Assembly (NCBI GenBank): GCA_041484255.1
Contig: JBGPHE010000001.1
Coordinates: 6,240-70,239, forward strand
Direction of reading: 5' to 3'
DNA length: 64,000 bases
Source: Candidatus Nanoarchaeia archaeon
Lineage (GTDB): Archaea > Nanobdellota > Nanobdellia > Woesearchaeales > ARS49
The notes under the pieces were generated by a model. That model had not been told where the DNA came from. It saw only the letters and a program-made list of their open reading frames with translations, and made no database searches. How positions within the stretch are numbered: the stretch's first letter is position 1; each line of letters opens with the position of its first letter. The translations under genes were made by a program, and so were the position numbers. This document shows positions 10,496-19,666 of this stretch, one piece after another.

Positions 10496-11334
10496 CTCGA
10501 AATCTATATAAAGCCGCTTTTATTAAGAGCGTCATGAAAAAGCAGTTATGCCTTATCTGGCTCGTTTTACTCTTGACCCCTTTAGTGCTTGCAGATGATT
10601 TTCCAGTAGACGTCAACGCAAACATTAGCACAAAGGAGATTAAAGATGCGTATGTTGTGGGCGACTTTTTCTATTACGACATCACGTTATCGTATAGAGG
10701 GGAGAAACCAGTAAACAACACATTCACAGTCAACATTCTCAAACCGAATAACGCAATAGTAAGCACAATCAACTACCCGTTTGAGCTTCAACCGAACACA
10801 AGCGTAGAAATAATCACGAAAGGTGCAACAAAAGGGAACGAAACAAACTGGTATTACCCATTTGACATTGAAGGAGACTACGAGATAGAAATAGTATCCG
10901 CAATTCCTGTCGACTTTTATCGATGGTTCCCAATAAGTAATGATGCCAACACCAAATCGGCAATTAGACAAACGAAGTTTACACAATTCTTTGATGTAAT
11001 GCCTCGCTGGCAATACACATTATGGAAGCGAACTGAAAAAACGAATGAAGATGCGCAAAAGGCGAATGACGAGATGCTTAAATTAAACAAAGACGCTAAT
11101 AAGACAAATTTGATTATGCTTGTCATTACGTTTTTTGCTTTGTTTATCTCAGGTGCAGATCTTATACGGCAAATTCGTAAAGATAATGAGAAAACCAAGC
11201 TTGGATGTTTCTTACAAGCCGTCGAGATTGCGTTTTGGCTTGTTGGTTTTTACTTTTTGATTCACGTGCTTCTAATTTTTATTAATAACGGAATTTAAAC
11301 TGACTAACACACAATTGCTCGAAATCTATATAAA
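10496..11334. repeat. 17-bp direct repeat CTCGAAATCTATATAAA at 10496-10512 and 11318-11334 flanking the AT-rich gene
   Basis: Exact match read from sequence; each copy is a BRE-TATA promoter-like element. Confidence 0.85.
10534..11298 (+). CDS. AT-rich hypothetical membrane protein (signal peptide, beta-rich ectodomain, two C-terminal TM helices)
   Basis: MKKQLCLIWLVLLLTPLVLA signal peptide; ATG 10534 follows a TATA box; composition differs from flanks. Confidence 0.75.
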   Translation: MKKQLCLIWLVLLLTPLVLADDFPVDVNANISTKEIKDAYVVGDFFYYDITLSYRGEKPVNNTFTVNILKPNNAIVSTINYPFELQPNTSVEIITKGATKGNETNWYYPFDIEGDYEIEIVSAIPVDFYRWFPISNDANTKSAIRQTKFTQFFDVMPRWQYTLWKRTEKTNEDAQKANDEMLKLNKDANKTNLIMLVITFFALFISGADLIRQIRKDNEKTKLGCFLQAVEIAFWLVGFYFLIHVLLIFINNGI

Positions 11335-11356
11335 CTGACTATTAGTTTTGAACTCT

Positions 11357-11710
11357 ATGAGCAACGAAAAGAAGCTTCCTGAATCAGAAGCGCAGATTCC
11401 GACGGTTCCCGAGCCCAAGCTCGACCCGTCCGAAGTCTCTGCCGAGCTCGAGAACGAGCCTCAGGAAATCGCCAAGCCCACTTCGTCGCAAGTCTATGTC
11501 CCGAAGAGCGCTGGCGCAGTGGAAGTCAAGCCTTCCAAGATCCAGAAACTCAAGGACTTCTGGGTCGAGTGCGTCCGCGTCATCCGCGTGACCAAGAAGC
11601 CCGACAAAGGAGAATACAAGACCATCGTCAAGATCTCCGGCATCGGCATGGCTGTCATCGGCTTTATCGGGTTCTTCATCCACTTCCTCAAGGAACTCTT
11701 CTTCCACTGA
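11357..11710 (+). CDS. secE: Protein translocase SecE/Sec61 gamma with acidic Pro-rich N-extension
   Basis: ECVRVIRVTKKPDKGEY...KISGIGMAVIGFIGF; conserved position before spt5. Confidence 0.93.
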   Translation: MSNEKKLPESEAQIPTVPEPKLDPSEVSAELENEPQEIAKPTSSQVYVPKSAGAVEVKPSKIQKLKDFWVECVRVIRVTKKPDKGEYKTIVKISGIGMAVIGFIGFFIHFLKELFFH

Positions 11711-11793
11711 GCCCGTACGAAAGCTTTTTAAACACCCCTTCGATTTCAAGAGTATTCTTCTGGCTTGAACGTTTCGAGCTAGGGTCCGGAAAC

Positions 11794-12366
11794 ATGGCTG
11801 ACGAACAACCTGCAAAGGCAATCGGAACGCTTATTTTTGCGCTGCGCACGACGGCAAACCGCGAAGACCAGGTCATGGACTTCGTGGCGAGCAATGTCAA
11901 GAAGCGCAACCTGGACGTTTTCGCAGTCATCAGGCCGCACGGCATGCGCGGCTATATCTTCCTCGAGGCTCTCGATCGCCAGGCCGCTGAGCAGGCGGCA
12001 TTCAACGTCCCGTACGCGCGCGGCATCCTGCCGAAGGAAATCGAATACAAGGAAATCGAGCACATGCTCGAGCAGGTCAAGCGCGAAGTCGACATCCGCG
12101 TCAATGACATCGTCGAAATCATCACCGGCCCGTTCAAGCGCGAACAGGCCAAGATCAAGCGCCTCGACAAGGCAAAGGAAGAAGTCGTCGTCGAGCTTCT
12201 CGGCGCGGCGGTTCCGATTCCGATCACCGTCAAGATGGACGCAGTCAAGGTCATCCGCCGCGACACCGCGGGCGGAGAGTCCAAGCCGGAAGAGACGTCC
12301 GAAGAGGACGAGATGCCCGAGGCGCCGTCGGGTGGCGGCGGACCCCTGGGCCCGCTCGGACCGTAA
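11794..12366 (+). CDS. spt5: Transcription elongation factor Spt5 (NusG family)
   Basis: FALRTTANRE, RGYIFLEA (NGN domain), DIVEIITGPFKRE (KOW), PIPITV. Confidence 0.95.
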   Translation: MADEQPAKAIGTLIFALRTTANREDQVMDFVASNVKKRNLDVFAVIRPHGMRGYIFLEALDRQAAEQAAFNVPYARGILPKEIEYKEIEHMLEQVKREVDIRVNDIVEIITGPFKREQAKIKRLDKAKEEVVVELLGAAVPIPITVKMDAVKVIRRDTAGGESKPEETSEEDEMPEAPSGGGGPLGPLGP

Positions 12367-12398
12367 GCTTTATAACACGTTCATAGGTTTTCAAAAAC

Positions 12399-13187
12399 AT
12401 GGCCAAGCAAAGCATCGAGCAACTCGTGGAAGGCGGAAAAGCGTCAGCTGCGCCTCCGCTCGGTCCGGCGCTCGGCCCGATGGGCGTCAATATCGGCCAG
12501 GTTATCCAGGAAATCAACAAGAAGACCGCGGCATTCAAGGGAATGCAGGTTCCCGTCAAGATCACCGTCGACACCGATGACAAGTCGTTCACCATCGAAG
12601 TCGGCACTCCTCCTGTTTCTGCATTGATCAAGAAAGAAGCCAACATCGAGAAGGGCTCGGGCGCACCGAACGTCGACAAGGTCGCCGACCTCAAGATCGA
12701 GCAAATCATCAAGATCGCAAAGATGAAGGCCGACGCATTGCTCGGCAAGGACATGTTCGCAAAGGTCAAGGAAGTCATCGGCACGTGCACGTCCATGGGC
12801 GTGCTTGTCGAGGGCAAGGAGCCCCGCGCAATCATCGCCGAAATCAACGACGGCGGATTTTCCGTGGAAATCAAGTCCGAGAAGACCGAATTGTCGGCCG
12901 AAGAGCTCAAGCAGCTCGATGAAGAGCGCAAGAAGCTCCAGGAAGACATCACCAAGCGTCGCGCGGAATTGGAAGCGCTCGCCAAGAAGATCATCGCCGA
13001 GTTCACGGGCAAGCCGCGTGGAGAAATCAAGGCCAAGCTCATCGAAGCCAAGATCCCCACCCTTATCATCGACGAATTGCTGCCCGTGGAAAGCGCTGCT
13101 GCGCCTGGCGGAGCTGCTGCTGCAGGCGGCGCGAAGGGCGCTGCTCCGGCGGCTGGCGGCGAGAAGAAGGAAGCCGCGAAGAAGTAA
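12399..13187 (+). CDS. rpl11: 50S ribosomal protein L11 with C-terminal extension
   Basis: [42 protein letters not shown]. Confidence 0.96.
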   Translation: MAKQSIEQLVEGGKASAAPPLGPALGPMGVNIGQVIQEINKKTAAFKGMQVPVKITVDTDDKSFTIEVGTPPVSALIKKEANIEKGSGAPNVDKVADLKIEQIIKIAKMKADALLGKDMFAKVKEVIGTCTSMGVLVEGKEPRAIIAEINDGGFSVEIKSEKTELSAEELKQLDEERKKLQEDITKRRAELEALAKKIIAEFTGKPRGEIKAKLIEAKIPTLIIDELLPVESAAAPGGAAAAGGAKGAAPAAGGEKKEAAKK

Positions 13188-13246
13188 TTTTTGTTCTTTT
13201 CTCGGAAGTAAATGTTTAAATAGGAGAACATTCGTTCTTGCACGCT

Positions 13247-13801
13247 ATGGCAGTCAACTGGAAGCGCATACTCACATGGGTTATCGCGCTCGCCGTTCTG
13301 ACCGCGATCATTTACGCGCTCATTATAGCATTCAGCACGCCTCCGTCTCCGACCGAGCTAATGCTGGACACGATCGTCCTGCACGAGACCAACGAAACGG
13401 TCCAGCGCGCCCAGCTCATCACCGAGATGGACGATATCGTCCGCGAGCTGAAGGACCCTGCGATCTCCGCGCAGTGGGCAGGGCTGACGAACTGCGTTTC
13501 GGGCAATGTCTGCACGCAGGACGACTACTTTGACTTCCTCCTGATGGTCGCCATCGAGAAGCAGAAGGAAGTGCCGCACGCGGAACTGATCGCGAATGCC
13601 ATCACTGTGAACCGCTACTGGGGCAATTCCGAGAAGATCATCGACTTCTCCAAGGCATTGAGCGACGCGAACACCGAAGTGGAGCAGCTCGGCCTGAAGA
13701 CGATCGCCAACAAGTGGCGCGACATCGTCGCCTGCGACGGCAAGTGCCCGCAATATCACGATTTGTTCTTTGACTTCAACCGGCTGTTGCTGTCAGTGTG
13801 A
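13247..13801 (+). CDS. Hypothetical membrane-anchored helical protein with two W-x5-C...C repeats
   Basis: N-terminal TM helix, genome-typical codon use, internal duplication. Confidence 0.75.
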   Translation: MAVNWKRILTWVIALAVLTAIIYALIIAFSTPPSPTELMLDTIVLHETNETVQRAQLITEMDDIVRELKDPAISAQWAGLTNCVSGNVCTQDDYFDFLLMVAIEKQKEVPHAELIANAITVNRYWGNSEKIIDFSKALSDANTEVEQLGLKTIANKWRDIVACDGKCPQYHDLFFDFNRLLLSV

Positions 13802-13839
13802 GCCGAAGCTTTTTATAGAGCGGAATGCTTCTCAGAACC

Positions 13840-14157
13840 ATGTCCAAGGAATTTTATAACGGCGAAGAAACTGGAATGTATGCGCGTTCTGAGTTTTCTA
13901 AAGTGATGCAATCATACAAAGCAGAATTGGTTGCGGAACAACAACCAATTGAGCCATACTTGCAATCAGCAAGTATTTGGCATCTCAAAGGCGTGACGCT
14001 CCACTACCGCGCAGGCTTCGGTTTTGACGCGCGTCAGCAAGTCGTACCCAACTGCGCAGAGCTCATCGCCCATGGCACGCCTGAAGGCATCGCAACAATC
14101 GAGGGCATCATTAAATCAGAAGAACAGAAGCACGCCCCGGTTGCCAAATCCTTATAA
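13840..14157 (+). CDS. Hypothetical protein
   Basis: ORF after promoter-like AAGCTTTTTATA (about 13806-13817); no recognisable family. Confidence 0.55.
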   Translation: MSKEFYNGEETGMYARSEFSKVMQSYKAELVAEQQPIEPYLQSASIWHLKGVTLHYRAGFGFDARQQVVPNCAELIAHGTPEGIATIEGIIKSEEQKHAPVAKSL

Positions 14158-14180
14158 ACCGTTCTTTTCTTCTTGTAGTC

Positions 14181-15128
14181 ATGTTCGAGCTGAAGCCTAT
14201 TCCGAATACGGAAACCATCGAGTTCAAGCCCAAGTTCATTGAGCGCTATAGCAAGCTGACCAACTGGGACGAGTACAAGAAGTTCTCGCTGAGCTTTCTG
14301 AGGAAGAGTATCCGCATCAACACGCTCAAGAAGCCGGTGCAAGAAGTGATTGGCCGCCTGGAGAAGGACTGGAACTTTGAGCAGGTGCCGTGGTGCAAGG
14401 AAGGGTTCTGGATTGAGCACAAGCGCGGCCGTCTCGACGTGGGCAACACCGTGGAGCACACGCTCGGCTATTACTACGTGCAGGAAGCTGCCTCGATGAT
14501 TCCTCCGCTCGTGCTTGACCCGCAGCCCGGCGAACGTGTATTAGACATGGCTGCGGCTCCGGGAAGCAAAGCGTCGCAGATGGCGCAGATGATGAAGAAC
14601 GAAGGCATCCTGATCGCAAACGACGTCGCGGGAATCCGCCTGGCGGCGCTCGGCATCAACCTCCAGCGCTGCGGCGTGCTCAATGCAATCACGACGCAGA
14701 TGATGGGTGAGCAGATGAAGGACGCGCAGTATGACAAAATCCTGTTGGACGCGCCGTGCTCGGGCTCGGGCACCATCCGCAAGAGCCTCAAGACCATCAG
14801 AATGTGGAATCCTGAAATGATCAAGCGCATCGCGGCCATGCAGCGCAAGCTGATTCTGGTCGCGTACAAGCTCCTCGCGCCGGGCGGAACGCTCGTGTAC
14901 AGCACGTGCTCGACCGAGCCTGAGGAAGACGAGGCGATTGTCAGTTTCCTGCTGGACAACACGGACGCGCAGGCGGTTCCGATCGAGCTGAACCTCAAGC
15001 ACGGCCCTGCGGTCGCGGAATTCGAAGGCAATGTCTACCGAAAAGAAGTTAAACACTGCCTGCGTCTGTGGCCTCAGGATAATGACACCGAAGGGTTTTT
15101 CGTCGCAAAGATTGTGAAGCCACAATGA
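14181..15128 (+). CDS. RsmB/NOL1/NOP2/Sun family RNA m5C methyltransferase
   Basis: YYVQEAASMIPP, VLDMAAAPGSK, ILLDAPCSGSG, LVYSTCS, GFFVAK. Confidence 0.96.
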   Translation: MFELKPIPNTETIEFKPKFIERYSKLTNWDEYKKFSLSFLRKSIRINTLKKPVQEVIGRLEKDWNFEQVPWCKEGFWIEHKRGRLDVGNTVEHTLGYYYVQEAASMIPPLVLDPQPGERVLDMAAAPGSKASQMAQMMKNEGILIANDVAGIRLAALGINLQRCGVLNAITTQMMGEQMKDAQYDKILLDAPCSGSGTIRKSLKTIRMWNPEMIKRIAAMQRKLILVAYKLLAPGGTLVYSTCSTEPEEDEAIVSFLLDNTDAQAVPIELNLKHGPAVAEFEGNVYRKEVKHCLRLWPQDNDTEGFFVAKIVKPQ

Positions 15129-15319
15129 AAACGATGCATCATTTGCTGACGCGGTACACGATTATGGTCGTGTTATTCGTCATTCTGTTCACGTTCGTCA
15201 TCTATTCGACCAATCCGAGCGCAGGAGAAGTGTTCAATATGGCATTGTCCATCGCGATGTTTGCGCTCATCCCGTTCGGATTGATTTATCTCATCTGGCG
15301 CCACCAGAAGCACCACTGA
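15125..15319 (+). CDS. Small two-TM membrane protein
   Basis: 64 aa, two hydrophobic helices, ATGA overlap with the upstream gene. Confidence 0.6.
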   Translation: MKTMHHLLTRYTIMVVLFVILFTFVIYSTNPSAGEVFNMALSIAMFALIPFGLIYLIWRHQKHH

Positions 15320-15393
15320 ATTCTGCAGTCTCCAGACGATAAAAGCTTATTAATCCGTCACTATTCGCGAATAGTACTAGTGGGGGTACACTG

Positions 15394-17175
15394 ATGACAA
15401 GCAATCCTATCATCGCGGCGCATTTGAAGAGAACCGGCGGCTATCAGGACGTCAATCCCGTCATTCTTACATCCGGCGAGATCGGCATCTATTACGTCAA
15501 CACCGAGAAGCTCATCGAAGACAATGGCGAGTTCATCGACTACGGCGACAATGCCGGCGATATGTACAAACACGCCATCAGCATGATGGACAAGAACAAG
15601 AACTTCCGCCAAATCATCGAGATTCTCGCAGACACGGCAAAGACCCTGCTGCCGCACGATAACGCGGCCATTTCCGGCGGCCAGCGCCGCGACTGGCTGT
15701 TTTCAGCGCCCGTGGCAAAGCTGCTCGGCGTGCCGCACATCTCACTCTACAAGCAGGAAGACGGAAAGGAAGACCGCATCGAGGTGCACGCGAACGGCGG
15801 AACCCGCCAGCACATCTCCATCAAGGACTTCCACGTGGTCCACGTCGCAGACCTCATCACTGAGGGCTCGAGCTACTACACTGGCAAGGACGGCAAAGTG
15901 AGCGGCTGGCTGCCGATGCTCGCGCAGGCAGGTGCGAAGGTCAAGGACTCGCTCATCGTCGCGACCCGCCTGCAGGGCGGCGAGGAAATGCTCCGCGAGC
16001 GCGGCGTTACCGCGCACACGTTTGTCTCGATCGATGACACGTTCTTGCAGGAGCACTCGAACAATCCTGAGCGCGCAGTCGCGTACTTCAAGGATCCGGA
16101 GAAGTGGAGCAAGGAATACTTGAGCACGAACGGCGCTCGCGCGCTGGCCAAGAACTTTGACCCGTGCGGCAAGAATGTTGACCGCGCCAGCAAGTTCATG
16201 TCGCGCTACATCGGTCACCTCCTGGACGTCGGCAAGCTGCACGAGCTCGATGACTTGGTCGCCGAGCACTACGGTATATCTGCGCGAAAGATTGCCACCG
16301 GCGTCACGCGCTACGCAAAGGGCGACACGTTCGCAGACAAGTGGGACCGCGCCGTGCAGGAAAAGAATTCCAATCTCTGCATCGGTTTGGACCCGGTTGA
16401 ATACTGGCAGCGCCAGGACAAGACGCTTCCGGAAGGCGCGAACAAGCTCGAATGGTGCCTCGCATACATTGACAAGGTCGCGGAGTTCGCTGCCGCAGTC
16501 AAGCCCAACCGCAAATTCATGGCAGACTTGTCGCGCGAGGACCGCAAGGTGCTGACAGACCACATCCGCGCGCGCGGCTTGGTCTCGATTGACGACGAAA
16601 AGCTCGCGGACATCGGCGACACGAACGATTCAGGCCTCTACCACACGTGGAACGAAGGCTATGACGCCGTGACGTACTCGCCGTTCCCGGGCAACGTGCA
16701 GGAAGCAGCAGTGCAGGCGCACAAGCGCGGCCTCGGCCTCATCGGCATGTGCATCATGAGCAATCCTGAGCACAAGCGGGAGAAGAACAAGTGGGTCGAG
16801 GTTGCTGCAGACGAAGAGAGCGAGTACAACTTCACCGACCTTCATCTGATGGAAGGCACCCAGCACGTCCGCCAGTATGTCCAGCTCGCGAAGGACGCGG
16901 CAAAGTACAACTGGGACGGCATCGTCATCGGCGCGCCGAGCAAGAAGAACCACATCACCGAGGACGAAGTGCGCAGGATCAACCGCTATGTCGGACCGCG
17001 GATGAAGGTCCTGATGCCCGGCATCGGCACCCAGCAGGGCGAAGCCCAGCTGATCGTGGACATTTTCGGCTGGAAGAACGTCATCGCGAACGTGGGCTCG
17101 GCAGTGATGTATGCCAAGGACCCGGTCAGCGAAGCCGCGAAGTACCGCGACATGCTGAACTCGCTGAGAAAATAG
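15394..17175 (+). CDS. Fused orotate phosphoribosyltransferase-like and OMP decarboxylase (UMP-synthase-like)
   Basis: N-half LTSG..YYVN and PRPP-loop VVHVADLITEGSS; C-half LCIGLDP, VKPN, DEKLADIGDT (DxKxxDIxxT), MPGIGTQQG. Confidence 0.85.
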   Translation: MTSNPIIAAHLKRTGGYQDVNPVILTSGEIGIYYVNTEKLIEDNGEFIDYGDNAGDMYKHAISMMDKNKNFRQIIEILADTAKTLLPHDNAAISGGQRRDWLFSAPVAKLLGVPHISLYKQEDGKEDRIEVHANGGTRQHISIKDFHVVHVADLITEGSSYYTGKDGKVSGWLPMLAQAGAKVKDSLIVATRLQGGEEMLRERGVTAHTFVSIDDTFLQEHSNNPERAVAYFKDPEKWSKEYLSTNGARALAKNFDPCGKNVDRASKFMSRYIGHLLDVGKLHELDDLVAEHYGISARKIATGVTRYAKGDTFADKWDRAVQEKNSNLCIGLDPVEYWQRQDKTLPEGANKLEWCLAYIDKVAEFAAAVKPNRKFMADLSREDRKVLTDHIRARGLVSIDDEKLADIGDTNDSGLYHTWNEGYDAVTYSPFPGNVQEAAVQAHKRGLGLIGMCIMSNPEHKREKNKWVEVAADEESEYNFTDLHLMEGTQHVRQYVQLAKDAAKYNWDGIVIGAPSKKNHITEDEVRRINRYVGPRMKVLMPGIGTQQGEAQLIVDIFGWKNVIANVGSAVMYAKDPVSEAAKYRDMLNSLRK

Positions 17176-17184
17176 TTTTTTCTT

Positions 17185-18150
17185 TTATTTGACCGTATTC
17201 GCCGGCTTGCCGGCGAGGAACGCGTTGATATTGTCGACCGTGGTGTCGAGGATGCGCTGCAGCGCTTCGCGGCTGTAGAACGCAGAGTGCGGCGTGATGT
17301 ACGCGCGCGGGTCGCTGAGCAGGATGGAGCACGTCTTGCTGGTCGTTCCTTCTTTGATGTCGCATTCTTCCTCGAGCACGTCGGTTCCGACGCCGCGCAG
17401 GATGCCTTTGTTCAGCCCTTCCACGAGCGCGGCGGTTTCCACGACCGCGCCGCGCGCGGTGTTGATGACGATTGCTCCTTTCTTGACCTTGGAAATGTTC
17501 TTGCGGTTGAGCATGTGGGTTGTTTCAGGCAGCAGCGGAACATGGAACGTGATGACGTCGGACTGCGCGAGCAGTTTTTCGAACGGAACGTACTCGATGC
17601 CGCATTCCTTGGCCCATTCTTTGTTCGGGAAGGCGTCGTACGCGAGGACTTTCATGCCGAAGCCTTCGCCGCCGATGTGCGCGACGTTTCTCCCGATCTT
17701 TCCTGTGCCGACCACACCGAGCGTCTTGCCGTGGATGTCGGTGCCGAGCAGGCCTTCGAAGTCAAAGCGGCCTTCGCGCGTGCGCTGCACGCTTTCCACG
17801 ATGCGGCGCGTGACCGAAAGCAGCAATGCGAACGTGTGCTCGGCGACCGTGTGCTCGCCGTAGCTGGGCACATTGCACACCGTGATCTTCTTTTTGGCGC
17901 AGAACGGCAGGTCGATGTGGTCAAAGCCCGTGCTCATCGTGGTGATGAGCTTGACCTTGGGCATTTTCGCGATGAGGTCTTTGCCGACTTTGGAATAGAT
18001 GAACGTGGCAAAGATGTCTGCGGCTTTCGCCTGAGAGACATTCTTGTCCGAGAGCGAGCCGTCGATGAAGACGAGCGTGTGCTTGGGCAGTTTTTTCTTG
18101 ACGTAGTCTTCCTGCCACGGCTCCAGCTGGTCGAACGCGATGGTTGCCAT
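17185..18150 (-). CDS. D-isomer-specific 2-hydroxyacid dehydrogenase (D-lactate dehydrogenase-like)
   Basis: STGFDHID, NVPSYG..TVAEH, GVVGTGKIG, INTARG, ITPHSAF. Confidence 0.93.
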   Translation of the reverse strand: MATIAFDQLEPWQEDYVKKKLPKHTLVFIDGSLSDKNVSQAKAADIFATFIYSKVGKDLIAKMPKVKLITTMSTGFDHIDLPFCAKKKITVCNVPSYGEHTVAEHTFALLLSVTRRIVESVQRTREGRFDFEGLLGTDIHGKTLGVVGTGKIGRNVAHIGGEGFGMKVLAYDAFPNKEWAKECGIEYVPFEKLLAQSDVITFHVPLLPETTHMLNRKNISKVKKGAIVINTARGAVVETAALVEGLNKGILRGVGTDVLEEECDIKEGTTSKTCSILLSDPRAYITPHSAFYSREALQRILDTTVDNINAFLAGKPANTVK

Positions 18151-18186
18151 TGCTGCAACGGAAGAATGCGCGTATTTAAGCGTTTC

Positions 18187-18771
18187 TTACTTCTTCGGCC
18201 TGCCGAGAATGTCGTTCACGAGCTTCGTGCGGATGGAGGAGTAGTCCGCAATCTTCTGGTCGACGCGGTTCAGTTCTATATTGACCGGAATCGCGTAGCC
18301 CGAGTGCGCGGCAGTCAGGCTTACATAGCCCTTGAGCTGGATGTAGAATCCGCGCAGCGGGTGCAGTTCGTCAAGCGAGGAATCGACCAGATTGAGCCGG
18401 TCGGTCTTTGCCGTGAGCTGCGAGCGAAGCTGATCGTAATTGGCGACTTTCGCGAATATCCGGTCAGTCTTGTCCTTTGCGATAAAAGGCATGGAATTCT
18501 TGAGCATGCGGTCCATGTCGGTGTGGAACATCGGCTGGTAGGGCGGCGGATCGTAGTGCTCGATGTCGGCGAACAAGTCCTTGGGCGTGGGCTTTTCCGG
18601 CTCGGGCGGCACGATAATCGCGCGAGAAAGCATCAGGTTCGCGCGATCGCGGCTCATGCGCTCGGTCTCGCGCTGGAACGCGCCGATGAAGTCAAATCCC
18701 TCGGCAGAAACGCGGTCTTCGAGGCGCTTGCCATCCAACGGATTGCGCCAGTCGCTGTGTTTTTCACCCAT
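18187..18771 (-). CDS. Hypothetical protein
   Basis: ATG at 18771 preceded by a GGTGAG-like Shine-Dalgarno; no recognisable family. Confidence 0.6.
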   Translation of the reverse strand: MGEKHSDWRNPLDGKRLEDRVSAEGFDFIGAFQRETERMSRDRANLMLSRAIIVPPEPEKPTPKDLFADIEHYDPPPYQPMFHTDMDRMLKNSMPFIAKDKTDRIFAKVANYDQLRSQLTAKTDRLNLVDSSLDELHPLRGFYIQLKGYVSLTAAHSGYAIPVNIELNRVDQKIADYSSIRTKLVNDILGRPKK

Positions 18772-18877
18772 GTTGTCCCACTCACTCACCGTGCAGGCCC
18801 GCACGAATGGAAAAAGAGTGGGCAAAAATGGCTTTAAACATTATGACACATTATCCCATGAAGACTGCATTTACTCC

Positions 18878-18918
18878 TCATTTGTGTCAAATGTGACAAA
18901 TGACGAAAAGTATATATA
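18878..18918 (+). promoter_or_regulatory. Inverted repeat TCATTTGT-N10-ACAAATGA directly upstream of BRE/TATA (GAAAAGTATATATA)
   Basis: Arms at 18878-18885 and 18896-18903; overlapping TGTCA-N4-TGACA. Confidence 0.5.
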
Positions 18919-18962
18919 GCACAATTCCTCACCGAATGCACAGCGATTGGGGGTGTACAGTG

Positions 18963-19607
18963 ATGCAGAAACCAAACATCAACCAGACCGTCTGGAAAAT
19001 CCTCGCGAGCGACCTCGCCGTGCAGAAAGGATTCAGCAAGAAAATCATCAACACGCGCGCGCTCGCCAAGCACATTCTGAAAACGTACGAGTTGCCGGCA
19101 TCGCTGGACTCGATCATCTCCGCAATCCGCAGATTCCAGGGAGCGGACCACTTCGAGGAGAACGAGAAAGACCTGCTCCACATTTTCCGCGACGCGGTCG
19201 TGAGCACCAAGAACAATGTCGCGTGCATCACGCTCGGCATCCGCTCGATGGACCTGTTCAACAAGATCTGCCGCGCAGGCGACCACCTCATCCCGTTCAA
19301 GGTCACGACCGGCAGCGAGGAAATCAAGGTCTTGGTGGAACAGCCGCACCTCGACGAAGTCAAGGCGTGGTTTGACAAGAAGGACGTCATCGATATCGAC
19401 AAAGACCTGAGCGAACTGCTCGTCGTGGTGTCGGACAAGTCCGTGCACACCAAGGGCGTGCTTTCGCGCATCGCGAACGAGCTGTCGCTCGCGAACATCA
19501 ACATCCACGAGCTCATCATGTGCCCGCCCGAGTTCGTCCTGTACGTCAAGGAGAAGGACATCGTCAAGGCGCACGAGGCCATCCTGAAGCTGTGCGAAGA
19601 GCGCTGA
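18963..19607 (+). CDS. Archaeal ACT-domain-containing putative regulator
   Basis: IINTRALAKHI...SIISAIRR N-terminal helical motif; C-terminal ACT-like TKGVLSRIANELSLANINIHELI. Confidence 0.8.
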   Translation: MQKPNINQTVWKILASDLAVQKGFSKKIINTRALAKHILKTYELPASLDSIISAIRRFQGADHFEENEKDLLHIFRDAVVSTKNNVACITLGIRSMDLFNKICRAGDHLIPFKVTTGSEEIKVLVEQPHLDEVKAWFDKKDVIDIDKDLSELLVVVSDKSVHTKGVLSRIANELSLANINIHELIMCPPEFVLYVKEKDIVKAHEAILKLCEER

Positions 19608-19666
19608 TTCTTTTCTTCAGGAGTAGTAACAAAGATTATTAGAGCGCAAGCGCTCGACGGAAGCAT

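Noticed and set aside
10366..11793. Upstream-extended starts in the ORF track (10366, 11569; likewise 7383, 23310, 23866)
   Set aside because: Extensions overlap neighbouring genes; downstream ATGs fit promoters, signal peptides or family N-termini better
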